Shown: one piece after another, positions 26,297 to 40,975 of the stretch
How the letters are laid out: each line of letters opens with the position of its first letter
Numbering within the stretch: the first letter of the stretch is position 1
Assembly: GCF_006345805.1 (NCBI RefSeq)
Contig: NC_043003.1
Location: 99,448,001 to 99,512,000 of the forward strand
Length of the DNA stretch: 64,000 bases
Source of the DNA: Octopus sinensis
Lineage: Eukaryota
Direction: 5' to 3'
The notes under the pieces: model-generated
The model's database searches: none
Told to the model about the DNA's origin: nothing
Seen by the model: the letters and a program-made list of their open reading frames with translations, nothing else
Program-made: the position numbers and the translations under genes

Positions 26297-27524
26297 TACA
26301 CCTTTATTAGCCACACAGGGCTGTACACAGACGGGACAGATTACAAAGTAGAGCTTTTCTTTATGGGGAGAAAAGAAGAAGAAAAAAGGTGGGGTAGGTT
26401 TTCGATTAAAAGGGATCGTAAAAGGGAAAGAAAAGAAAAAAAGGAAAGAAAAGAAAACCCGATCAATAGGGATCGTGTACCACAGAAATGTCATGATTTA
26501 AAGTGTAAAGGGGCAAGCAGATAGGGTTTATCCGTGGAAAGAAACGCATACAGAAAAGACCACGGTAACCTCGGTCAATAATGTTACCTGTTAACACATT
26601 TGTTTGCAAGTAGGTATCCCTCTGTTTTAAATTTTTCCGGGGTCATTGGATTATGCTCAAGGTGGCTTCGGCATTCATACGTGCCATCCTTGCTACATTC
26701 ACCTATCTTTTTTTGAAACATTCGCTAGACAAAACTTCCCTCTCTACTCTCAGTTTCCTTTTCAAATGATTCTTGAAGAAGTTGATGAGAGATTGACCAG
26801 AGAGGAAAGTGTTTGTCTCCAATCCTTTCAGACGCGTCCTCCAGATACATTCTTTCGCCATAGCCTCAAGAATGATGAAAATAGCTCTTCCTTCCCGTTT
26901 GAAGGAAGCAGGCGGGATAATATTGACGATAGACTCGGCTGATAAACTGACTCGTCCCACACGTGACATCAGTCGTTCGACTTAAGCCCACAGGTTGGAA
27001 ATTGTTGGACACTGCACGAATGCGTGCAGAACGGTTTTGTCGCTCTGACCACATCTCGGGCAGGTCGGCCCCGTGTTTCTCGAGCCGTGTCTTATCCCCG
27101 AACCGGTAGCGCTTCTCGGTAGCACTGCTAGGCCAGGGATCTCTGGAATTTCCATGGGCCCTGACCCGAAAGTCGTCCTGAACAGGCAGGTCAGGTATTC
27201 CTCGTCGACGTCCAGGTTCGCCCTGAGCTCGTCGTCGTACCTCTCCTCCACTAATCCCCTATAGAATGCTTTGGTTGAGTTGAAGTCACTCAAGGTCGAC
27301 CCGGGACGGTATAGTTGCTTGAGAGGAACGCGACACTCGCGGTGCCATTCGCCCTTCCTAGGCCTCTTTTTGATCCACGACTGCATTTCGGTCATGGAGA
27401 CGAGTTGCGGGAAAGCGTGCCTCACAAACGGCGACCACACCTGTTCACCGTCGTTTACGTAGAGCCTGAGATGTCGCAGTCTCAGCGCGTGTCTGCGCAT
27501 CATCAACCACGGCATGGCCAGTCC
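26296..27524 (-). mobile_element. Tx1/L1-like LINE, 5'-truncated, with 3' UTR
   Basis: CPRCGQSDKTVLHAFVQC zinc-knuckle region, ORF2 end, AATAAA at 26303-26308 (minus strand), then (TA)n. Confidence 0.85.
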
Positions 27525-27559
27525 TATATATATCACCTTTTTCCAAGCCTAGAGAATTT

Positions 27560-29100
27560 TCTAGGAATGTCAAACGCTTTAGTGTCTTTAACACAATCTG
27601 CGATGCACGCGTAGATTGTGTTGGCTCGAATCCAGATAGGAGAGATAACTCATGCCTTAACTATTTGCTCAGTCGTTTCCGGCTGGCAGATCAGTATGGA
27701 CTGCAGTTCTCAGACGCTCTATTGAGGACATGGTCTAATAGCGATTGGTCTTCGAGGTCTTACTTAGATAGGTCATTTTTGTTAAGCGTAAAGATAAAGA
27801 ATAAGCCAGGTGTCCATAGTTTTACTACGTCAGCTACAGTGATCACAAATGTGTGACCTGTAGGCTTGACTTAGAGTTTGTAGACAGAATCCCGGCTACT
27901 GCAAACTCAGTGAGTCACTCTTGGACTGCGAGGAATACAGGAATCGGATTAGGCAATAAATAATGAAGGCATTGTCCGGATTTATTATTAACAATCGATG
28001 GCATACCCGCAAAAGAGCCATCAAGTTTGAGGTTGTTAGATTTAGCAAACAGGATAGAATAGAAAAGGACCTACTTAAGGCCCTAGAAGAGACATTGAGG
28101 GCTGGCAATGCGACCCGAGTGGTAACTGCGAGATTGGCATTCAACCACCACCTCGAAGCTTGACATGAGGGATCTATTGTCAGAGCTAAACTTCGTGCAA
28201 TGGAACGAAAGGGAGTCAGCTCTGTCGGATGGGCTCATGTAGTAGAGACCCAACGTGGAAATGATGTCACAATAAGGTCTTTGACGGATCAACATGAGCG
28301 TTCGATAAACGAACCCGATGAGATGTGCATGACATTTCACGAGTATTTCGCCCAGCTGTTTGGGAGGAGCGGTGGACTGGAACGTAGGGAGGACCTCATG
28401 GACTTCCTCACCGGGTTGCCGCGTCTCTCGGGGCGCGAGGCAGAATGCTGTGAAGGACCGATCTCGGATGCGGAAGTGGAGGAGGCTCTGTCGGACTGTT
28501 CGAGGTCGAACACTTACAGAGGGTAGTTGAGGACATTAAGGAGGTGGCAGGAGTAAAAATTAACCGTAATAAGTCAGTCGGCTTCCAACTCGATACCTGG
28601 AGAGGTAAGTCGATACCACCCAACAACGTCGTCGGGTGCTGGACAGAGGGTCCGTTTAAAATGCTAAGAGTTTGGTTAGGTACAGACCTCCAGATAGAAA
28701 AAAATTGGGGCGAGGTGACAAGCAGGGTTGCCCACCTAACTCAGACCTGGTCTGAGCTGTGGCTATCCTTGAAAGGGAGGTTGGAGGTCGCAAATGTGTT
28801 CATCGCATCTGTGGTTACCTACCGCCTAACTGTCATACCTTGTCGAGAATCGTGGCTAAGGAAGATGGAACGATTGCTCTTTCACTTTTTGTGGAAGGGC
28901 AGGGTTCCACTTGTAAGGTGCCCTATCTGCTGCTCACAGCCGCTAAAGGGTGGGCTAGGAATACCGTAGCTAATGATGCGCAGACACGCGCTGAGGCTAA
29001 GGCATCTTTTGCTCTACCTGGATGGTGGACGGGCCTGGTCTCCGTTCGTCAAACTGATTCTTCCTCGATTCACTAGTTTCAGTGAATTGGAACCGTAAAT
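27560..29100 (+). mobile_element. Tx1/L1-like LINE ORF2, APE end to post-RT region, RT core deleted
   Basis: TWSN..SYLDR..SDHKCV (APE), FHEYFAQLF, EGPISDAEVEEAL, then a jump near 28510-28545 to AGVKINRNKS, LSLKGRLEVAN, FLWKG, GGLGIP. Confidence 0.85.
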
Positions 29101-29109
29101 CAAGCGTAG

Positions 29110-30031
29110 ACCCAAGTTGTGACTCACCACAGGCCCATCTCCGCAGAGACAGTTCGCTGCCATCTTTCAATCTGACTTGCCGATGTCCGGCTAGAGGCCC
29201 CATCCTCACAGATCGTCATCGACGGGCTCGTCTGCTCAAAAAACGTCAGAACTGGCGATATCTGCAGTGAAGGACTGTAGTCTTCTCTGACGAAAGCGGA
29301 GATTGCATTTCTGTGGCAGATGGAAGAGCTATGGTTTGGAGAAGAAGACCTCTTCTTCTCCAAACCATAGCTCATCGTCATGCCGATGGTTGTGTGGTGG
29401 AGAGAGACTCATCGTATGGGGTGGGATTGCATTGAACCAGAAATTTGGACAAATTGTCTTCCAAAACATCGGCCAAAACCGGGGCAACGGAATAACTGCT
29501 GATCGCTACATCGATCAAGTGGTGAGACCTCACATTGTGTCATACTTTTCCCGTCATCGGAATCACGTGTTCCAACACGACAGCGCATGTGCCCAAACTG
29601 CCAGGTTGACAACAACTTCCTCCAACAGCACTACATCCAGACACTGCCATGGCCTGCCCTAAATCCAGACTTGAAACCCCATAGAACACCTTTGGGACGA
29701 AATCCAAAGAAAGCTAAATGACATCCGTCCAAGGCCAACAACTCATTGGAAGTTTTAACAGAGTGTGGGCTGTTATCCCTATGACCTTCATCAATCGTTT
29801 GGTGCATTCAATGTACAATGTACAGAAGATGCCTGGCAACAATCAACGCTAACAGATATTGAGTTCATCGCTTTGGATCCAGGACATTCCGTCATCACGT
29901 GACACCATGCAACGTCAAACATGTTTCAGGAAATGATGTGTTGTCATTAGGAAAGAACGTCAAGCAATTCTATGGCAGTCTGTTAATAAACGGTTTCTAT
30001 TTAGAATGTGTGCAATGTTTCTTTTGAGGTT

Positions 30032-30040
<9 letters not shown>
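29110..30040 (+). mobile_element. Tc1-family DNA transposon, degenerate transposase and right end
   Basis: VVFSDES, IVWGGI, VFQHDSA, WPALNPDLKPIEHLWDEIQRKL across frameshifts; ends at (TA)n. Confidence 0.85.
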
Positions 30041-30080
<40 letters not shown>

Positions 30081-30478
30081 TTCATTCTACTAAATTTGAA
30101 TCTAATGAATCAACACAACAGTTTTTATAATATAAATAATAATTTATTAAAATATTTCTAATCATGAAAACCAGCATTTCTCAACCGAATCAATTAACTT
30201 TCTACCCGAGAACCAGATTTTGAGAGACTTTAATATGCCGCTGGATGATGCTATATCATCGGGTAATTTGTGGTATTTCTATTTAGTTTTCATACAACTT
30301 ACAAACCGTTTGGTTTTCATCAAGAAAATCAGCTAAAGCTAATATTGACTTCACACATAAAATGTGTCTTGCTTAATTCCACGATCGATAAACAATAAAA
30401 ATTCCGAAAATCTTCATTCCTCTTTCTTTTGACTTAATTATATATCAATAATCGAATCATAGACGCAATCTCTGGTAA

Positions 30479-30509
30479 GTCACGTGACCTGTCCAGGTCA
30501 CTCTGACCG
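30479..30509. promoter_or_regulatory. Overlapping GTCACGTGAC E-box palindrome and ERE-like AGGTCActcTGACCG
   Basis: Motif match only. Confidence 0.3.
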
Positions 30510-30907
30510 TATTCTCTATATTTTAGAAGGGTATGCTAATTTCTTTTTTTTTGTATAAAGAAATAGTCCGAGTCTTGAAGAGATAATTTTAAAGCTAAGC
30601 TAATTAGCAATTCTCGTTAGAAATAGAAATTAACATTTCAAATAACAAACTCTGACCACTATAAAGAGTTTAAACAGTACTAATCATCCAATCCTGTAGG
30701 TGCCTTACTACTTACAACTATTGATCTCTAATCTCCTCAACACTAACCAAAATCGCCTAAAACAAAGTACTTTTGAACTGTACTACATTATTATTCATAT
30801 AGGGTGCGGCAGAAAAATTTTCCGCATTTTACACGACTCTATATGTGAAGCTAGGGAAGCTAAGCAAATGGTAGTGCAACCATCATGTAGCTAATATTTT
30901 ACCATTG

Positions 30908-31125
30908 TAAGGCGGTGAGGTAGCAAAATCTTAGCACACTAAGCAAAATGCTTAAGGGCATTTCATTCATCTGTATGTTATAAGTTCCAATGCCACGGAG
31001 GTCGACATTACCTTTCATCCTCCGAGGTCGATAAATAAGTATTAGTTGAGTACTGGAGTCGATGTAATCAACTTAACCCCTCTCCCAAAACTGCTGGCCT
31101 TGTGCCAAAATTTGAGATCAGTATT
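30908..31125 (+). mobile_element. SINE family B
   Basis: GGCGGTGAG head, CCTTTCATCC..GAGGTCGATAAA core, GGCCTTGTGCC tail. Confidence 0.85.
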
Positions 31126-31434
31126 TTGCCATTTTCTTTTTAATAGATATCGTTATGGATTGGAGCGGTGCATACCGAGCGTTTGCTGCTGAACATGTAC
31201 ATCAAGAATGAACCTGGAAGGTTTTTTTTTGCCGTACCCTGTAGTCACAGATGCAAAAATATAAAATCCCTAGCAGACAATAATTTGAGCCAACACAAAG
31301 ACTTTTAACGAAGGTGATTTCCAAAAGGTTAGTGTTTTCTGTTGTATGCAAAAGGTGCAGCAGAAACCCTCCCGTATGTTATCGGCCATTGATGTGGCGT
31401 TAGTGAAGTTAAGCAAGTGATAATAATGGTTTCA

Positions 31435-31640
31435 AATTTTGGCACAAGGCTGGCAAGTTGGAGGAGGGTGCTAACCAATTATATCGACTACAGTGATCAA
31501 CTGGTATTTATCTCATCGACCCCGAAAGGGTGAAGGACAAAGTATACCTCGATGGCATTTTAACTCAGAACGTAAAGACGAATGAAATGCCACTAAGCAT
31601 TTGGCCCTGTGTGCTTATGATTCTGCCAGCTCACCGACTT
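31435..31640 (-). mobile_element. SINE family B
   Basis: Reverse complement of the same head, core and tail. Confidence 0.8.
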
Positions 31641-32106
31641 TAAGCAGGTGATAATAATGTCTTCCTGTAGTTAATGTTTTACCATGTTGTTGCAGTATAA
31701 CCACTTTTGCTTGGATATATGCATACTGTGTGTTTGCTTTTGAAACGTTATCTAAAATGATAAATCTGAGTATCTTGTTACCGCTCTCTGTATAACCCTG
31801 TTTAGACACTCCAGCTCTGCGGCCTCTCATAACTGTGCTGGGTCCATGACTATTATGTACTCTAATGGACTTATGAGATCGATGCGGCTGATATCATGTT
31901 TGAAGATGGATCGGAAGAGAAGCATGGTTCAGATCCTGGTTAACGTGTAGTTTAGAGATTTAAAAAAAAAATAGAAGTTAACTGACTGGAGTTGATGACA
32001 GTGACGTCCCATAATTTCATGTAAGTAATCTATGTAACATAACCAATGATTAGAACGATCATATAAATTGTATAAGATTAAAACAATCACATTCATGCAA
32101 GGAATT

Positions 32107-32220
32107 TGTTGTGTGGACACCCCCAGACGATGAAGTCGGCTAGCTCAATACGTCGATATAGAGGGAGAAGTCTAGACGTCAGAGTTGAGTAGAGACATTT
32201 GGAACAGTGGCGACGAAGAT
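32107..32220 (+). mobile_element. Possible short Gypsy LTR plus PBS remnant
   Basis: TGTTG..GGAACA (100 bp) directly followed by GTGGCGACGAAGAT, like the PBS at 22117. Confidence 0.4.
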
Positions 32221-32935
32221 TTCGTAGCTCACACAGCCACTCTGTAGTATTGCGATATACCAGAATTATACTTTGGGGTGGTGTACTTGAGCTGTTATTT
32301 CAGAAATACTTAAGATATCACGAGAAGGTACTATACAGATAGGTATCTATGCATGTAGCATATTGAGGGAGTTCTGTTAATAAAATTAAGGGATTTCGCC
32401 AGTTCCCTTGATATTCTCTTTATGATATTAGGAAATTTCGTTGTCGTCACTTCCAGTCAATTTACTTCCATTGTTTTAAATCCTCCAAAACTGTATGTTA
32501 TCCCTGATTTCAATGCTTGAAGCAGAGTGAACTTTTTCAATGACACATTAGATGACGCAGTGGTGTTAAACAGGGCAGCATATTAGAACATAACTCAAAA
32601 TATCAGGAGGTGAAGCATATGTGTAGTATATCTTTGAGGTATTTAAAACTGTTACAATGCCGCAAAGGCCATACACTCTACTACTATTTTATTCAGACCT
32701 ACATTAAAACTCTTTATAAGAACGAGAGAAAAAATAAATTCAATAAAATACGACAAAAAATATATAATCAATATTTTGTTCAAAATACATCTGTAGTTGT
32801 TTATAAAGTTATATGACTTGTTATACGTGACAATATGAATAAATACGATTCAACATCCATCGATTCATTTGCGTGAACGTTTGAAACAATCTGAGGTTAT
32901 AACAACACTATCTTTATTCTTATTATTTCACATCA

Positions 32936-32996
<61 letters not shown>

Positions 32997-33477
32997 CGTG
33001 TATGTGTGTGTGTGAACGCACAATGTGCGGCAGAAAAAGCTCCCATAGTATACTTATAATGGAATAATAAATATGGGAATGTATTTTGCTGCATCTGCTT
33101 ATGTATGCGTGAACATGTTATACGCACGCATATGTTTTTACACACTAAAACTATATAATATATATTCCCTCTTCATATATTCCTTAATCGATCGATATTT
33201 TATCACACAACAGGCTGATAAACGAGCTACTTGTTTGACTTTAATTAAATAACTGCCTTCCTCAATACGTGTGTATTGCGCTACTGACGAATTATGACTA
33301 GATATGGAAATATATATATATATTGCGTTTTGCAAGTAAGGATATTTTTCGTTATTTACGAAAGTGCGGAGATAAAGTTTCCGAGTGAAAATCAATAACT
33401 AGACGTGTCGTTCTTGCTTTTTCTGAGTAATGTTGACAACAATATATCATACATACATACAAACATACATATCTTTT

Positions 33478-33665
33478 ATCTTTTATCTTTTACTGGTTTC
33501 AGTCATTTGACTGCAGCCATGCTGGGGCACAGCCTTGGAGGGTCTTAGTCGAACATATCAACTCTAAGTCTTATTTTTTAAAGCTTAGTACTTGTTCTTT
33601 CGGATGCCTTTGCCGAACAGCTAAGTTACGGTGACGTAAACACGCCAGCATCAGTTATCAAGCGT
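33478..33665 (-). mobile_element. SINE family A, 3' half (split by CR1)
   Basis: TTTTACTGGTTTCAGTCATTTGACTGC..TCAGTTATCAAGCG. Confidence 0.8.
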
Positions 33666-33676
33666 TGGAGAGGCAT

Positions 33677-35225
33677 TTTTACTGTCGAAAACCAAAACGC
33701 ATCATCTCCACCACTTCTGACATCAAATTCTACAGTAACAATAGAATTTACACATGAAATGCTGCGACGTCACCTTAAGAATAAGCACAGCTATGTCTCT
33801 CTTGGTCTTGATGGTGTTATGTAGCTGCTTCTCAAACGTGGTAAATACTTTCTTTTGCACCAGCTTTCACTCTTCTCTCAGTTCTGTATTAACAACGGTG
33901 CTACTTCAGAGCTGTGGAAAACTGCTAATGTCATTCTTCTGTTCAAAAAGGAATTCTCACACTCTTATCCGGCCCTGGCAATTTGGATTTATCCCTAACA
34001 CCAGCTGCTGTGATCAACTTATCGGGTTTCTTGAAGACATCACCCGGGTCACTGATAGCGGCTCATGGGTGGGTGTTGCTTACCTTGACTATACTAAAGC
34101 TTTTAATTCTGTGTCACGCAAAACTCTCTGCAGTGAGTGTGAGAGATGATCTTTTTAACTGGCTGGAGTCCTTCATTCTCAGCCGAAAAGAGGTAGTCAC
34201 GGTTCTAGTACAGCATTCTTCACCCTATGAGATGTCATCTGGCGTACCGCAGGGATCTGTTTTTGGTGCCCTTTTGTTTGTTGCATACATTAATGACATA
34301 GATGCCAACTTAAAGAATGCCACAGTGCTGAAATATGCTGATGACATCAAGCTGTACCTTGAGATAAAAAGGATAGATTCTGAACACTGTAGATCTTTCC
34401 TGCAATCGGATCTGGACACAATATAACAATGGATCACAGACTGGCAACTCAAGCGGGCTGTGGACAACCCAGCGTCCGCATATTCTCTCTACAACACTAA
34501 TATCAAGAAGTCTTCTTGTGAACGTGACCTGGGCATTACTGTCAGCAGCGATTTGCACTGGACGAATCACATCTCTAAAATTGTCCAGAAGACCGAGGGT
34601 GTCTTGGCATCATTCAGCAAGACCTTAGTCAGCCGCTCTCCAGCTATATATTGGAATTTGCCCCGCCAATCATCTGGAACCCCTATCTTACTCAAGACAT
34701 TGACCTCCTGGAAACTGTTCAGAGACGTGCAGCCAAACGAATACCCTCCATCAGGCATCTACCATAATCTGAACGCCTTCCTTCCCATTGAAACTCCGAC
34801 GTCTGGCAACTGACTTGGTAAACACCCACAAAATTATTAACCAATTTGCCAACGTCCATCTTGAGCACCTTTTTGAGCTCAATGTGTCTAACACACGTGA
34901 ACATGCCTATAAAGTCAGAAAACAGCACAACTCCCATGACTTTCGGAAGCATATTTTTACACTCAGAGTTGCTGAATCATAGAACAAACAACTTGCATCA
35001 GTTGTTAGTTGCCAAGACATTGCATCTTTTAAAACCTCCATGCTTCCTGAAATTCGCCAACATTACACCGGATATTGCACCTTCTATACGCATGCGCACG
35101 TGTATATCATGACTCGTACACTGTTCACTTTCCTGACTTCTGTACATAATTCCATGTACTATATATGCACCTTTGATGAGTTGTGGTGCACCTGAGCACT
35201 ATACATAATAATTTCATTACTATTA
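33677..35225 (+). mobile_element. CR1-clade LINE, 5'-truncated and frameshifted, with 3' UTR
   Basis: QFGF, AYLDYTKAFNSV, SGVPQGSVFGALLFVAYIND, KYADDIKLY, LQSDLDTI, ERDLGI; ends in an ATT tail. Confidence 0.9.
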
Positions 35226-35229
35226 TTAT

Positions 35230-35372
35230 TTTTCTGTCTACCAAATCCATTTACAAGGCTTTGATCGGCCCGAGGCCGTAGCAGAATACACTTGCTGAAG
35301 GTGCCACGCAGTGGGACTGAACCCGGAACCATGTGGTTGAGAAGCAAGCTCCTTACCACTCAGCCACGCCTC
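35230..35372 (-). mobile_element. SINE family A, 5' half (split by CR1)
   Basis: TTTCTGTCTACCAAATCC..GTGGGACTGAACCCGGAACC..CAGCCAC. Confidence 0.85.
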
Positions 35373-35889
35373 ACACGTGCGCGTGAGTAAATACGCACAA
35401 CATGAATAAATAATGACTGCTTGCAAAGAAACAAGACTTGTATATGTATTCTTTCTTTTATAATTTTAATAGTTTCAGCTCGAGACATAGTCTGCCATGT
35501 TGGGGCAGAGCTTCAGGTGAGGTCTGATCGAGCAGACATAGGATCAAAAGCATTCTAGCTGTGACTATGTCTTCTTTTTTTTCTGAAAAAATATTTGAAC
35601 TGCATTATTAAAAGTATCCTTTTGGTACGACAGACTAAAACAAATAAAGAAATAAAAAGATTAAAATTAACTGTGTGTGTGGGGGGGTTTGAACACACCC
35701 ATACATGTACGAATGTATAAGCGCGTACGCCACACAAGCGTGCACTCACACATATAACAAGCACACACATACACACGCGCGTACACATACCTACGTACAG
35801 AGAGAGGGAGAGGAGAAAGAAAGAAAGAAAGAAAAAAGAAAGAATTGACGTATAAAAAATCCAAAAAAATATATTGATTTCAAATTTTG

Positions 35890-36447
35890 ACACAAGGCCA
35901 GCAATCTATCTGTTTGGGTATTTGCCACAGAGAGGTTTTTCTTGCCATTTATCATTCAGAATATCTAAGGCAGCAGTTTTAGCACGGGTTTTCATGCGCT
36001 TAGCTTTTTCTGTGCCTGTTTCTTGTATGTCTAATTCCGAAATTTGTTGTATTCGGTCAATATTTGTTGGACTTTCTTCATTTGTTTGATGTTCATCTGT
36101 CTTAGTGTTTATGATTGGTTCGGGGGAGTATTTCACTTTGCCTATCACTTATACTAACTCTTTCTATCCTTACTGCGTTTTTATCAGCCCTGGGCTGGTC
36201 TATAATTATTTCCTCTGTATTATCTTCTTTAGCTGCGGCTTCGTTATTTTTATCCGTTACTGCTTGTTTAATTTGGTCAATCTCTACTTCAGTCAGTAAT
36301 TTTTTTTTATAATGTTTCTTCTGACGTTGGTAAGTTTGTTACTGTCTATGTAGGGTCTTACTTCAGGGTGTTTCTGTCTCCAGTTTATGTAGGTTTGTAC
36401 AGTGTTTGTGGGGAAATATATGGCATGGTAGAAGGCCGCAAGAACTT
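35890..36447 (-). mobile_element. R4/Dong-like LINE, internally deleted (N-terminal part fused to post-RT part)
   Basis: WRQKHPEVRPYIDSNKLTNVRRNII..EVEIDQIK joins near 36110 to AKRMKTRAK..KWQEKPLCGKYP; starts right after (AAT)n. Confidence 0.7.
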
Positions 36448-36460
36448 ATTATTATTATTA

Positions 36461-38901
<2,441 letters not shown>

Positions 38902-39526
38902 TATTATTATTATGGCCCTCAGCCTGTGAAGTCATACAACTTGGACCTCCGTAATTTGTAAGTGTTTAATCAAGCATTTGGGCTGGTTGCAGCCCGCTTA
39001 TTCAAAATTTTGCTAACAAGTATTTTGCTTACATTGTCTGGATGGTAGTGATAACATTTTGTATAATTGCACCTAATTTATTTTTTGGTGGTGGCGGCGG
39101 TAACAACTGTTTTGCATTTTTACATTTTTTATGAAGACAGGATTCCATTCATTTTCCCAATTTGAAAAAATGTCAGATTTGGAAAAATAATTATCGACCA
39201 AGAGCAGCGTTCTGTTGAAACTCTGAAAACAAACGCAGCCGAAGGTGGAATGAATTTTTCGCCAAAGAGAAATATAATTTCCCCTTGTTGCTACGATGAC
39301 AGAAACAAGTGCAAAAGTACTAGCAGCAATGATAATGATGACGACTTCTACAGCAGCAGCAACAACGTGAATAGCATCAGCATCAGCATCACCACCACCA
39401 TCACCACCACCATCACCACCACTACCACCACCACCACCACCACCAACACCACCACCACCAACACCACCACTACCACAAATGGTATAAACAACGACAATAA
39501 CAGCAACTGTATCAACAACAACATCA

Positions 39527-39900
39527 GGAGGCGCAATGGCCCAGTGGTTAGGGCAGCGGACTCGCGGTCGGAGGATCTCGGTTTCGATTCCCAGACCGGG
39601 CGTTGTGTGTGTTTATTGAGCGAAAACACCTAAAGCTCCACGAGGCTCCGGTAGGAGGTGGTGGCGACCCCAGTTGTACTCTTTTGCTCCAACTTTCTAT
39701 CATTCTTTCTTCCTACTTCTTGTCCCCGACTTCCTACGCAACTGCTGAGCCTGGATGCACATCCATCCATCCGTCGAAGCTCTCGGTGTCGGGGGGTTGA
39801 CCTGCTTTCTCTTCTGCAGGTCTTACGAATAGCAAAGGACCACATTTTGGACTTCTCCCAAGGGACGAAGACCGCTTCGCTCAACAAAGAAACAAAACAA
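39527..39900 (+). mobile_element. tRNA-derived SINE family D
   Basis: GGAGGCGCAATGGCCCAGTGGTTAGGGCAGCGG..GGTTTCGATTCCC head; ACAAA-rich tail. Confidence 0.8.
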
Positions 39901-40229
39901 ACAGCAGCAACAACGTGAATAGCAGCAGCATCATCACCACCACCACCACCACCACCACCACTAGCACCACCACCATCACTAGCACAGATGGTAGAAACAA
40001 CAACAATAACAGCAACTGTATCAACAACAACATCAATAACAAGATGAACAAGAAAACATGAACAACAAGATTGAAAACAACAGTGATAACTGTTTGGAAA
40101 ACAACAACAACAACGACGACGACGACGACGACACCAACAATAGCAGTAGCAGCAATAATAACACGATGAACTTCAGTTACTTCCTTTCCTAAAGCCGTTA
40201 GCAATTGGACTGTTTTTTCAGTGAATGAC

Positions 40230-40640
40230 TTAAAAAATAAGGCACTGAAATATAAGAGTGACATTATGAAGCCAGGTGTTATGTGCCTTAGTGAGGAGGA
40301 GAAAAAATGCCCCGAAAGACGAACAATTGTTTATAAATGTGTTTCTCGCAAGGAGAGGAAACTTAAATTTCCTGCTCCTGCGGAGACTGAAAAATGCCTC
40401 GAAGATGTGTGTACAGAAAGGTAAACAATATAGGATGGTCGCTGCTATATGCAGCAGTGAGCAAGAAGCCAGAAGAATGGCTACTATAATTTGCACGTCT
40501 CAGGCATTTCTAATGATTTCCCATTACATGGGTAAAAGGTTGACTCGAATTCAAGTCTAGAATGTGCCGGGTCACCGTGTTCCGGCGAGGGTTTTAGCCA
40601 TTCTAGAGGAGCAAAGGGAGATTGTGGAGATGAAGTCCAC
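40230..40640 (+). mobile_element. Possible ORF1 fragment of a Tx1/L1-like LINE
   Basis: Broken frame RRTIVYK..MVAAICSSEQEARRMAT..YMGKRLTRIQV-NVP; assignment from general resemblance only. Confidence 0.4.
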
Positions 40641-40899
40641 ACAACAACTCAACAAGACTGGAATTCTTATGGTTTCGCACCTATAAAGTACTTAGCAGTA
40701 AAAACCAACTGACCCTTACGTATCTCGTCCTCCAGTTTCTGGAGAGGTTATGAGCCTTCAGCCATTTGAGACTGACAAGTTGCCTATACTGCTAAGCGCT
40801 TTATAGGTGCGAGACCAATGGTCATCCTATGACCAGCCATAACTTTTATTTTCCTACGATACATACATACATACATACATACATACATACATAATACAT

Positions 40900-40967
<68 letters not shown>

Positions 40968-40975
<8 letters not shown>

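Noticed and set aside
27410-29100. Single twin-priming inversion of one Tx1 element
   Set aside because: The geometry fits, but the overlapping segments differ at many nucleotide and amino-acid positions, so they are not copies of one RNA.
31780-31960. Possible host exon (DIMFEDGSEEK-like peptide)
   Set aside because: Short, no recognisable domain, no convincing splice-site pair.
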